From contig JBMORM010000017.1 of NCBI GenBank assembly GCA_049322675.1, forward strand, positions 3,928 through 67,927: a stretch of 64,000 nucleotides of DNA, given 5' to 3'. The DNA comes from Patescibacteria group bacterium (GTDB lineage: Bacteria > Patescibacteriota > JAHJAL01). The first letter of the stretch is position 1. Each line of letters starts with the position of its first letter. The position numbers and the translations under genes were made by a program. The notes below the pieces were generated by a model that was not told the DNA's origin, ran no database searches, and saw nothing but the letters and a program-made list of their open reading frames with translations. Positions 9,293 through 17,659 of the stretch are shown in pieces.

Positions 9293-9760
9293 ATGAAAGG
9301 TGCCAAGTGGGTAAATATTGTTCTGGGAATTATTTTGGGGAGTCCGTTGGTTCTATTGGTCGTTTTTAGTATTTGGGGATATATTGCGGACGATTTGGAT
9401 TATATTGATGGTTCGCAAGTAGAGAATCTGTATTTTACTTTGGTTAATTATCTATTGGGGATTGGATTTTTGATTTCTTTGATATATGGATTATATCTTT
9501 TGGGTAGATATATTCATAAAAAGGACAAAGAAATAATGCTATTGTCTTGGCGATATTTATTGCTATTTCCTGTGGTTGTTTTTTTGCTTTATTGTATTGT
9601 TGTTACTGTTCAGATGGTGATTGCTCAACCTGGAGTAACGTCGTGTTATATAATATCAGGCGACGTTAGTTGGAAAAGAGTAAATGAAAAATCAGATTTA
9701 TTAGCAAAATTTAAAAATAATCTTCCGGCGGATGTTTTGGAAAAAATTGATCGGGGTTAA
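9293..9760 (+). CDS. 3-TM membrane protein, paralog 3; tail with TSCYII and KFKNNLPADVLEKIDRG
   Basis: ATG 9293 after ggaggga; overlaps the radical SAM start by 29 nt. Confidence 0.8.
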   Translation: MKGAKWVNIVLGIILGSPLVLLVVFSIWGYIADDLDYIDGSQVENLYFTLVNYLLGIGFLISLIYGLYLLGRYIHKKDKEIMLLSWRYLLLFPVVVFLLYCIVVTVQMVIAQPGVTSCYIISGDVSWKRVNEKSDLLAKFKNNLPADVLEKIDRG

Positions 9761-10763
9761 AGCCGATTTTAATCATTTTATTTATGAAGTGACGCCAAGC
9801 TGCAATCATGATTGCAGTTATTGTTATAATGTTTGGAAATATCGGGAATATCCTCAGGGACAATTGTTGGATTTGAGACAGTGGCAGGAAGTTACAGAGA
9901 GGTTGATGGAGCAGACAAATATTGGAACGGTTTCTATTTCCGGGGGAGAGCCGACTATATATCCGGATTTGGTGGTGTTGATCAAATATCTTCGAAGCAA
10001 AAAAATTAATGTCAATTTGTTGACCAACGGTAGCAATATTATTGAAGATTTAGCTAGAGAGTTGGTTGATTTAGATATTTCTATTTTTGAAATACCGTTG
10101 GTGGCGATAGACAAAGAATTGCACAAAAAGTTGAAAGGTCGGGATGATTATGATCAGGTGGTAAAAGGGATTGCTAATCTGACTTCTTTGGGAGCGACAG
10201 TTGTATCTGTCCTGGTGGCGACAAAAGATAATATTGATCAAAGCGCGGAAGTGGCGGAGTTGAGTATGGTTTTGGGTTGTCGGGGAATGATGTTCAATCG
10301 GATCAATCCGGCCAATAAAAAACAGATTGCTTTGATACCGTCAATTGAGCAAATCAAATCGGCGTTGGCAAAATTGGATATTATTTCCAATAAATATAAT
10401 TTTAGTATTAGCTGTTCAGTGCCGATCATGCCATGTTTGATCGATATGAAAAATTATAAAAATTTGTCCTATGGCTATTGCCCGGCCGGTGGCAAACGTT
10501 CATATCCGGTGATTGATTATTTGGGAAATGTGCGGGTGTGCAATCATTCGCCGAAAATATTGGGAAATATATTGGCGAAAGATTTGGATGATATTTTTTC
10601 GAAAAGTGAGTATTTTCAAAATTTTAAAAATTCATTTGCGGACAAGTGTCAGAAGTGTTCACTGGTTAAAGAATGTAAGGGTGGTTGTCGGGCGGCAGCG
10701 GAAGTGTGCTATGGTTGTTTGACAGATTTGGATCCGATGGCGAGGGAGAGGGGGAGTTTTTAA
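9732..10763 (+). CDS. Radical SAM protein with C-terminal SPASM domain
   Basis: CNHDCSYC (CxxxCxxC), ISGGEP, LLTNG; SPASM CPAG...GNVRVC and CQKC-x5-CKGGC. Confidence 0.95.
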   Translation: MFWKKLIGVKADFNHFIYEVTPSCNHDCSYCYNVWKYREYPQGQLLDLRQWQEVTERLMEQTNIGTVSISGGEPTIYPDLVVLIKYLRSKKINVNLLTNGSNIIEDLARELVDLDISIFEIPLVAIDKELHKKLKGRDDYDQVVKGIANLTSLGATVVSVLVATKDNIDQSAEVAELSMVLGCRGMMFNRINPANKKQIALIPSIEQIKSALAKLDIISNKYNFSISCSVPIMPCLIDMKNYKNLSYGYCPAGGKRSYPVIDYLGNVRVCNHSPKILGNILAKDLDDIFSKSEYFQNFKNSFADKCQKCSLVKECKGGCRAAAEVCYGCLTDLDPMARERGSF

Positions 10764-10794
10764 TTTATAAAAATATAGGTTGAAAAAAGTAGGA

Positions 10795-10969
10795 TGTCGT
10801 CCTGGATATTGAAACGCCCAGTAGGGCTTTCAGTTCCAGGATGACACAATACAATCATTGATCATTCATTGATCATTGGAAATTTTTTGGAAATTGAGAA
10901 TTGGAAATTGGAAATTTCATCCTGGATCCTGGATAAGAAGCGTGATTACACTTTCTTTCCAGGATGACA
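10795..10969. repeat. Composite repeat: two tgtc(a/g)tcctgga...tccaggatgaca palindromes flanking a heptamer tract
   Basis: 10795-10846 and 10917-10969 share terminal inverted repeats; aattgaga/aattgga tract lies between them. Confidence 0.75.
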
Positions 10970-11000
10970 TTTGAACAAGAGAATAATTGATATTTTTTTA

Positions 11001-11243
11001 ATGAAATATTCTATGGAAGAAATAATTATTTTTGTATTTAGGATAATCTTTGGTTTGGGGGCTGTGACTGCGATTTTTTTTCTTATTTATGGCTTGGTAA
11101 GATATTTTTTGTCACGTGGTGAAAAATATTTTCGGATGTTTGTTTTGTCATTAGTATCGTTGCTTATATTGTTTGCAATATATTCGGTGCTAGTTACTTG
11201 CAATGATTGTAATTGGCCAGAAAGTAATGCAATTATTAAATAA
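11001..11243 (+). CDS. Small 2-TM protein resembling TrbC/VirB2-type pilins of CPR, with a CNDC tail
   Basis: RIIFGLGAVTAIFFLIYGLVRYFLSRG resembles the xxLLGxAGxxAxIFLIYGGxRYITSxG pattern (by eye). Confidence 0.5.
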   Translation: MKYSMEEIIIFVFRIIFGLGAVTAIFFLIYGLVRYFLSRGEKYFRMFVLSLVSLLILFAIYSVLVTCNDCNWPESNAIIK

Positions 11244-11288
11244 TTAATTGTTCGTAATCCATCTCATTTTTTATGCTAAAATTGGGGT

Positions 11289-12806
11289 ATGACAAATGAG
11301 AGGAGAAAATTTGTTCCTACCTGGTTTTTGACGATGTCACAGATATTTTTTCTGATGCTAATTTTTTGTTGGCCGTTGGGAACCAGATTGCAGTGGTTGG
11401 GTGAATTTTCATATTTGGGAGGTGTGATTTCTGATCTGACGACATATTTTGTTTATGTGACTGATATTTTGTTGGTATTGGTTATTTTGGGTTGGTTGAT
11501 TGATATAGCGATAAAATTTTGGCGATATGAAGATTGGGATGAATGGAATTTGAATCCGTGGCAGGGGATGGTGGTTTTGTTTTTTGGTGGTTTGGCCGGT
11601 TGGGGCTTGTATTCGACTGTGTGGGCGATGATAGATGAAATTGCTTTGTATAAAGGATTACGGTTGGTGGGGATGTGGTGGCTATTTGCATATATTGTGT
11701 TGGTTGTTGGTAAAAATAAAATTTTAATAAGAAATACTTGGTTGGTTGGGTTGGCGACATTGGGTATTCAAGCAGTTTGGGGGATAGCTCAATATATAAA
11801 ACAAAGCGGATTTGGTTTGTGGCAGTTGGGGGAAAGTATTTTGGGAAAAACGGTGGCGGGAGTGGCGAAAGTAGATGTGGATGGAGAGAAGATAATAAGG
11901 GCGTATGGATCTTTGCCGCATGCGAATCTTTTTGGGGTATTTATGTTGTTGGGACTAATTTTGATACTTGTAATATTAGTTTATTCTGGGTGCGGCAAAA
12001 ATTTCCAATTTTCAATTTTTCCCTCACGGGACCGAACTGTTGCTGGCAATTTTCAAAAAATTTCCAATTTCCAATTTTCAAAGAATACTTCAACAATTAT
12101 TTTGGGAGTGCTACTGGGACTATTTTTGGTAGGGATGTTGGTGAGTTTTTCAAGAAGTGTGTGGGTGGCGGGGATGGTGATAATGGTTGGAGCAATTGTT
12201 GAGATGGTTCGTAGGGGCGAGGTTTCCTCGCCAGGGGAAGGGAAGGGGAAAAATTTTCAATTTTCAATTTTCAATTTCCAAAAAATTTCCAATTTTCAAA
12301 CAATATTGATAGGGTTATTTATTTTGTTAATAGCGACAGGATTGAATTGGAAAGTAGTTATGGGGAGGTCTAGTTTGGATGTGGGGAATGATGTGTCTTT
12401 GCAGGTACGGCAGGTTTATGATCAGGGGGCGGATTGGATGATTGAAAAATTTTATTATGGCGGGGTAGGGTTGGGAAATTTTGTATTGGTGTTGCCGTAT
12501 TTTGCCGGTAAGGCCAATCTACAGTGGTGGCAATATCAGCCGGTTCACAATGTTTTCAAATTGGTTTGGTCGGAACTGGGCGTTTTTGGTTATATTTTGT
12601 TAATATTACTTATGGTTAGTATTGCAGCGATGATATTGTTTGATGATCAAAAAAAGTATCCCAAATATTTTTGGTTAAGTGTTATTTTGTCGATGATATT
12701 TTTGATGTTTTTTGATCATTATTTCTGGGATGTGTGGCAGGGGATGATGGGGTGGGCGGTGTTTCTGGGGGTTATGGTGGTTGGGGGAAGTAGTAAAAAA
12801 ACTTAG
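11289..12806 (+). CDS. O-antigen ligase / O-oligosaccharyltransferase-like (Wzy_C) membrane protein with in-frame repeat insertions
   Basis: RAYGSLPHAN, SFSRS, GVGLGNF, PVHN...SELG motifs; inserts NFQFSIF... Confidence 0.88.
   Translation: MTNERRKFVPTWFLTMSQIFFLMLIFCWPLGTRLQWLGEFSYLGGVISDLTTYFVYVTDILLVLVILGWLIDIAIKFWRYEDWDEWNLNPWQGMVVLFFGGLAGWGLYSTVWAMIDEIALYKGLRLVGMWWLFAYIVLVVGKNKILIRNTWLVGLATLGIQAVWGIAQYIKQSGFGLWQLGESILGKTVAGVAKVDVDGEKIIRAYGSLPHANLFGVFMLLGLILILVILVYSGCGKNFQFSIFPSRDRTVAGNFQKISNFQFSKNTSTIILGVLLGLFLVGMLVSFSRSVWVAGMVIMVGAIVEMVRRGEVSSPGEGKGKNFQFSIFNFQKISNFQTILIGLFILLIATGLNWKVVMGRSSLDVGNDVSLQVRQVYDQGADWMIEKFYYGGVGLGNFVLVLPYFAGKANLQWWQYQPVHNVFKLVWSELGVFGYILLILLMVSIAAMILFDDQKKYPKYFWLSVILSMIFLMFFDHYFWDVWQGMMGWAVFLGVMVVGGSSKKT
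11998..12081 (+). repeat. In-frame heptamer element with 27-bp insert inside CDS
   Basis: Encodes KNFQFSIFPSRDRTVAGNFQKISNFQFS. Confidence 0.9.
12211..12300 (+). repeat. GTAG-type REP-like hairpin plus empty heptamer element, in frame inside CDS
   Basis: gtaggggcgaggtttcctcgcc, then a tract encoding NFQFSIFNFQKISNFQ. Confidence 0.8.
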
Positions 12807-12872
12807 CAAACGTAGCAAACATAACAAACACTTTGAAACGCTTTGAAACTCTTATAAACGCTTAAAAACTAA
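12803..12872. repeat. Degenerate 9-10-mer tandem repeats (tagcaaac / cttataaac / ctttgaaac)
   Basis: Related to the tract at 39367-39460 (shared aaactcttataaac). Confidence 0.6.
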
Positions 12873-12906
12873 AAGATTGTTTTGTATTAGAATTAATTAG
12901 ATATTT

Positions 12907-13386
12907 ATGGATTTTTATCAGATTGTATCTTTGTTACTCATGTTTTTGTTTGTCTATATTTTGGCATTGAAAGCTTATTTACTGATAAATTCGTGGAAGA
13001 ATAATAATTGTAAGCAATATGGGATTATTGGTTTTGTTATTTTATTTGAAGTTTTGATAGCTAATTTTGTTATTTTTGATCCAAAAAATTTTATTCTTGA
13101 TTCTTCGAGTGTATATTTCTCGTATTGTCAGTTTAGAAATTATATTATAGCTTTCTATTTGTTGATTGGTGTGGATGTGCTGATGAATATTGGATGTTTT
13201 TTTATTGGGTTGTATTTTTTAGCAAAAAAGAAGCTGAAATTGTTATTTTTGATGGTTCCATTTTTGAGTATATTATTTTTTGTTGTAATATTTTTCTTTT
13301 TTCCAAGTATTTATGTTTTGTTGAAAAACATTGGTGTTTTAATAATTGATAATTTTTATCAATGCAAAGTAAAATTTGTAATATAA
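12907..13386 (+). CDS. Hypothetical membrane protein (about 4 TM)
   Basis: 159-aa hydrophobic ORF. Confidence 0.6.
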   Translation: MDFYQIVSLLLMFLFVYILALKAYLLINSWKNNNCKQYGIIGFVILFEVLIANFVIFDPKNFILDSSSVYFSYCQFRNYIIAFYLLIGVDVLMNIGCFFIGLYFLAKKKLKLLFLMVPFLSILFFVVIFFFFPSIYVLLKNIGVLIIDNFYQCKVKFVI

Positions 13387-13395
13387 CATTGTAAG

Positions 13396-14841
13396 ATGAA
13401 TTCTCTAACATACAAAGTAGCGTTAAATACAGTAGTTCAAACCATTGGTAAAGTGGTGGTGGTGGGGACTAGTATTGTGACGATTGGACTTTTGACCCGG
13501 TATTTGGGCCAGAAGGGGTTTGGTGAGTACACGACGGTGATGACTTATTTGGGATTTTTTGGGATTGTGGTGGATTTGGGGATGTATTTGATTGTGGTGC
13601 GGGAGATCGTGAAAGAGAAAGATCGAGCGGAAGAAATATTGGGCAATGCTTTGGGGTTGAGAATTGTTTTGGGAATTTTGGTTTTGGGTTTGTCGCCTCT
13701 TGTAGCTTGGTGGTTTTTTCCGTATTCGCATTTGGTTGATTGGGCGATTGGAATCGGAGCTTTGTCTTTTTTCTTTATCAGTTTGAATCAAATATTGGTA
13801 TCGGTGTTTCAGATTGATTTGCAAATGTGGAAATTGGTTTTGGGAGAGGTTTTCGGTAGATTGGCGATATTGGGTGGAACTTATTATTTTATTTTGCAAA
13901 AAGGAGATTTGCATAGTTTCTTGTGGGCCAATGTGGCGGGAAATGTTGTCTTATTTGTAATTACTTTGTTGTTCGCTCGCAAGTATTGTCGGATCAGACC
14001 CAGGTTTGAATGGAAAGCCTGGAAGCCAATGTTGGCAGAGACTTTGCCTTTGGCAGTTGTGGTCATGCTCAATCGGATTTATTTTAATATCGATACGATT
14101 TTTTTGTCGATTTTTAAGTCGCAGGAGGAAGTGGGTATTTATGGTTTGCCCTACAAGATTTTGGATATTTTGATCAGTTTTCCGTCAATTTTTGCTGGTC
14201 TGGTATTTCCGGCTTTTGCCAAGCATGCTTTGGAGGATAAATCGGAATTGAAGAGAGTATATCAAAAGGCTTTTGATTTTTTGTTGGTAGTGGCTTTGCC
14301 GATGTTTATGGGTTTATTTATGCTGGCAAAACCAATAGTGCATATTTTGGGTGGTGATGATTTTGGTGATTCGATAAATTTATTGCGTATTTTGTCGATG
14401 GCGGTAGTTTTTGTTTTCTTTAGTACTTTATCGAATAATTTGGTTATCGCTGTTCAAAAGCAAAAACAATTGATGACTATTTCTTTGATTTCGGTGGTCG
14501 TCAACGTTGTTTTAAATTTGTGGTTGATTCCCAAATATTCATATTTTGCCGCAGCGTGGATTACTGTTTTAACTGAATTTATAGTTACTGTTTTGTCCGG
14601 CTGGTTCGTGTGGCGATTTGTATCGATATTGCCAAATTTGAAGATAGGAGTGAAAAGTTTGATGGCTACTATGGCGATGGGTTTGTTTTTGTGGTTTTTC
14701 AATGAATTAAATTTTATAATTTTGGTAATGGCTGGAGGTATGGTGTATTTTGTGGTGTTGTATTTGATGGGTGGTTTGCCTAGGGAGGCGATGGAGAAGC
14801 TTTTGGGAAAAAAGATAGTGGAGAAGTTGGGGATTAGGTAA
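13396..14841 (+). CDS. Polysaccharide flippase (Wzx, MOP superfamily)
   Basis: TRYLGQKGFGEY, DLG, IDTIFLS...EVGIY, LNLWLIPKY...AAW; 12-14 TM. Confidence 0.9.
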   Translation: MNSLTYKVALNTVVQTIGKVVVVGTSIVTIGLLTRYLGQKGFGEYTTVMTYLGFFGIVVDLGMYLIVVREIVKEKDRAEEILGNALGLRIVLGILVLGLSPLVAWWFFPYSHLVDWAIGIGALSFFFISLNQILVSVFQIDLQMWKLVLGEVFGRLAILGGTYYFILQKGDLHSFLWANVAGNVVLFVITLLFARKYCRIRPRFEWKAWKPMLAETLPLAVVVMLNRIYFNIDTIFLSIFKSQEEVGIYGLPYKILDILISFPSIFAGLVFPAFAKHALEDKSELKRVYQKAFDFLLVVALPMFMGLFMLAKPIVHILGGDDFGDSINLLRILSMAVVFVFFSTLSNNLVIAVQKQKQLMTISLISVVVNVVLNLWLIPKYSYFAAAWITVLTEFIVTVLSGWFVWRFVSILPNLKIGVKSLMATMAMGLFLWFFNELNFIILVMAGGMVYFVVLYLMGGLPREAMEKLLGKKIVEKLGIR

Positions 14842-14887
14842 TAGGTTCTAGGTTCTAGGTTCTAGGTTCTAGGTTTTAGATATTAGG
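14841..14887. repeat. (taggttc)n heptamer tandem repeat
   Basis: 4 perfect units plus degenerate units between flippase and GT2. Confidence 0.85.
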
Positions 14888-14907
14888 TGATAGGTAATAT
14901 GGGGACA

Positions 14908-15924
14908 ATGAATAATATTGATGTTTCGGTTATTATTGTCAGCTACAATTGTAAGAACTACTTAATAGATTGTTTACGGACAGTTAGTGACGATATTGAT
15001 GGGAGTGGTTTAAAAGTTGAAGTGATTGTGATTGACAATAGTCCCAATGACGAAACGGTGGAAATGTTGAAAACTGAGAAATATGGATGGTTGAAGTGGA
15101 TAAAAGCGGAAAATCGGGGTTGGGGAGCGGCCAATAATGTTGGTTTGAAAATCGCTCAGGGTAAATATTTGTTTCTTTTAAATCCGGATACTGTTGTGGA
15201 AAAGGAAACAACACGGTTTTTGTTTGATTATTTAGAAAAAAATAATTGGGTGGGCTTGGTTGGTCCGAGGATGATTTTTGGTGATGGCAATTTGCAAATT
15301 TCAGCTTATGACAATTATCCGGGGATTATTTCGGCTTTTCTGGAAAACACTTTGTTGGACCGGTTATTTTATTGGTTGTTTCCCGAGACTATCTATCCGG
15401 GAAAATTATTTTCTAAAAAGTTGCATGATAGAAAAAGGGAGGTGGCTCATTTGCTAGGTGCAGTGATGTTTATGCGGCGGGAGATATATGAGCAGACTAA
15501 AGGTTTTGATGAACAATTTTTTATGTTTCGGGAGGAGACTGACTGGCAGTTTCGAATGAAGCGGGCGGGGTGGAAGATTGTTTATAATCCGGAGATAACA
15601 GTGACACATTTTGAAGGGGGGAGTACGGGTGAAGCGAGGCGGAAAAAAAATTGGCAACGCAAGCTGGATATGTATTTGCCGTCAGTTTATAAATACGAAA
15701 AAAAATGGGGTGGGTGGCTAAAAGCGATTGTGGTTGGTTTGATATATTTTTTTGGTTCGATTTGGACTTTATTAATTTTGGGGATCATCTGGTTGTTAAA
15801 CAATGCTTTTGGTTGGGTGGTGAATAATTGGCGGAAAAAAATTAATCGTTCGATTGCGGATATTGCGATTTATCATTGGGCGATTATTATTTGGCATGTG
15901 AGATATTTGGATAGATGGTTTTGA
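14908..15924 (+). CDS. Glycosyltransferase family 2 (rhamnosyltransferase-like)
   Basis: VSVIIVSYN, VIDN, NRGWGAANN, LLNPD, GFDEQFFMFREETD. Confidence 0.92.
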   Translation: MNNIDVSVIIVSYNCKNYLIDCLRTVSDDIDGSGLKVEVIVIDNSPNDETVEMLKTEKYGWLKWIKAENRGWGAANNVGLKIAQGKYLFLLNPDTVVEKETTRFLFDYLEKNNWVGLVGPRMIFGDGNLQISAYDNYPGIISAFLENTLLDRLFYWLFPETIYPGKLFSKKLHDRKREVAHLLGAVMFMRREIYEQTKGFDEQFFMFREETDWQFRMKRAGWKIVYNPEITVTHFEGGSTGEARRKKNWQRKLDMYLPSVYKYEKKWGGWLKAIVVGLIYFFGSIWTLLILGIIWLLNNAFGWVVNNWRKKINRSIADIAIYHWAIIIWHVRYLDRWF

Positions 15925-15979
15925 AATAAAAATTAACAATGAAGAGTGAATAATAATTAATTGGAATAGGAACAAGAAA

Positions 15980-16369
15980 ATGGAATTTTTGGGGCAGGCG
16001 GCGGCGGTAATTATGCAGGACGGAAAATTATTACTAATAAAAAGGGGAAAAGAGTGTCATGAAGCTGGTAAATGGTGCACAATGAATGAAACGATTGAAG
16101 AGGAAGAAATGCCAGAGGAGGCGGCGGTGCGTGGTGCTAAAGAGGAATTGGGTGTGGATTTTGAAGTTGGTAAAAAATTATTTGAACATTTTTGCAATGG
16201 ACATACTACACATGTTTTTTCCGGAAATTTTTCTGGTGAGATCCGACCTGACAAGAGAGAGGTGGAGGAGTGGGGTTGGTTTGATTATGAAGAGACAAAA
16301 GGATTGGTCTTTGCTTATGATTACAATAAAGTCGTTGATAAATTGTTTGAGTTGGGATTAATACAATAG
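15980..16369 (+). CDS. NUDIX hydrolase
   Basis: Variant Nudix box ETIEEEEMPEEAAVRGAKEELG. Confidence 0.85.
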   Translation: MEFLGQAAAVIMQDGKLLLIKRGKECHEAGKWCTMNETIEEEEMPEEAAVRGAKEELGVDFEVGKKLFEHFCNGHTTHVFSGNFSGEIRPDKREVEEWGWFDYEETKGLVFAYDYNKVVDKLFELGLIQ

Positions 16370-16375
16370 TTTTTT

Positions 16376-17524
16376 ATGAAAATTGCGATTGATTATCGGG
16401 AGGCGATACGGGAGAATAAAGCCGGGAAGGGGGTGGTGGTTTGGCAGTTGGTGGACAGATTGAAAAAGATCATTTTGGATGATGAGGTGGATTTGCTGGT
16501 GGATGAGGATTTTGTTTTTGAGGATTTTCCGGCCAATTGGCATAAAAAAATAATTGGTGGGAAAGGATTGAAATGGCATTGGAACGTTTGGCGGAAATTG
16601 AAAAACTATGATCGGTATTTGTCTTTGACCAGTTTTTTGGTGCCGGCGTTTGATTGGAATAAAAAGTGTATTATCTTTGTTCACGATTTGGTGGTGTTTT
16701 ATGATGAATTGGCGAAGAAACACAATCGGAAAGCGTATTGGATGGAACGATTGACATTGGGTGCAGCTTTGAAAAAGGCGCGGAAAATAATTGTGCCGTC
16801 AGAGACGACGGGGGAGGATTTAAAAAAGTTTTTTAAAGTTGACGAAAATAATTTTTCTTTGGTTTATGAGGGAGTTAACATTCAAAATTTCCAATTTCCA
16901 ATTTTTCCCTCACGGGACCGAACTGCTGCTGGCAATTTTCAAACATATTTTGATGAAAATATTGGGGAGATAAAAAAGAAATTTGGGATTACTGGTGATT
17001 ATTTGTTTTTTGTGGGGACTTTGGAGCCGAGGAAAAATTTGTCGAATTTAATTTTGGCATATGATAAATTGGTTAAAAAATACGGATGGGAGGGGCAGTT
17101 GGTTTTGGCTGGAAAAAAGGGTTGGTATTTTGATGAACTTTTTACTTTAGTAAAGAAACTGAATTTGGAAAAGAAAGTTATTTTCACTGGATTTACGACG
17201 GATGAAGAAAAATTTATTTTAATAAAAGACGCGAAGTGTTTTTGTATGGTAAGTCGATATGAAGGTTTTGGGTTGCCGATACTCGAGGCGATGTCGGTGG
17301 GGACGCCGGTGGTGACGAGTAATAATTCCAGTTTGTCGGAAGTGGCGGGGGAGGCGGTGGTTTTGGTGGATCCAGATAATGTTGAAGAAATCGCCAGCGG
17401 AATTCAAAAAGTATTGTCTGATAAAGTTCTGGCGGATAGTTTGGTTAAAAAGGGAATGGAGAGGATAAAATTGTTTGACTGGGAAAAAGCGGCGGGGGAA
17501 GTGTATAATTTAGTTAGGGATTAG
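16376..17524 (+). CDS. Glycosyltransferase family 4 (group 1) with in-frame repeat insertion
   Basis: MKIAID, VHDL, VGTLEPRKN, EGFGLPILEAM; insert NFQFPIFPSRDRTAAGNFQ. Confidence 0.93.
   Translation: MKIAIDYREAIRENKAGKGVVVWQLVDRLKKIILDDEVDLLVDEDFVFEDFPANWHKKIIGGKGLKWHWNVWRKLKNYDRYLSLTSFLVPAFDWNKKCIIFVHDLVVFYDELAKKHNRKAYWMERLTLGAALKKARKIIVPSETTGEDLKKFFKVDENNFSLVYEGVNIQNFQFPIFPSRDRTAAGNFQTYFDENIGEIKKKFGITGDYLFFVGTLEPRKNLSNLILAYDKLVKKYGWEGQLVLAGKKGWYFDELFTLVKKLNLEKKVIFTGFTTDEEKFILIKDAKCFCMVSRYEGFGLPILEAMSVGTPVVTSNNSSLSEVAGEAVVLVDPDNVEEIASGIQKVLSDKVLADSLVKKGMERIKLFDWEKAAGEVYNLVRD
16884..16943 (+). repeat. In-frame heptamer element with 27-bp insert inside GT4
   Basis: caatttttccctcacgggaccgaactgctgctggcaattttcaa at 16899-16942. 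Confidence 0.9.
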
Positions 17525-17529
17525 AGGGA

Positions 17530-17645
17530 AATTTCCAATTTCCAATTTTCAAAAAAGGCTTAATTTCCAATTTTCAAACAAAATTCATTGGAAATTGGTC
17601 ATTGAAAATTTATTGGAAATTGAGACTTGGAAATTGGAAATTATT
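17530..17645. repeat. Heptamer inverted-arm element (intergenic)
   Basis: aatttccaatttccaattttc ... gaaattgagacttggaaattggaaatt. Confidence 0.8.
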
Positions 17646-17659
17646 TTCTATAAATTATT

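Larger units (their letters stand above)
8855..9760 (+). repeat. Three copies of a 32-33 bp direct repeat gcggatgttttggaaaaaattgatcgg(g)gttaa at 8855-8886, 9244-9276 and 9728-9760
   Basis: Identical except one G missing in copy 1; one copy at the end of each paralog. Confidence 0.95.

Noticed and set aside
8855-9760. 33-bp direct repeats as a CRISPR array
   Set aside because: Only three copies, separated by 350-450 bp of coding sequence; not palindromic; no cas genes in the window.
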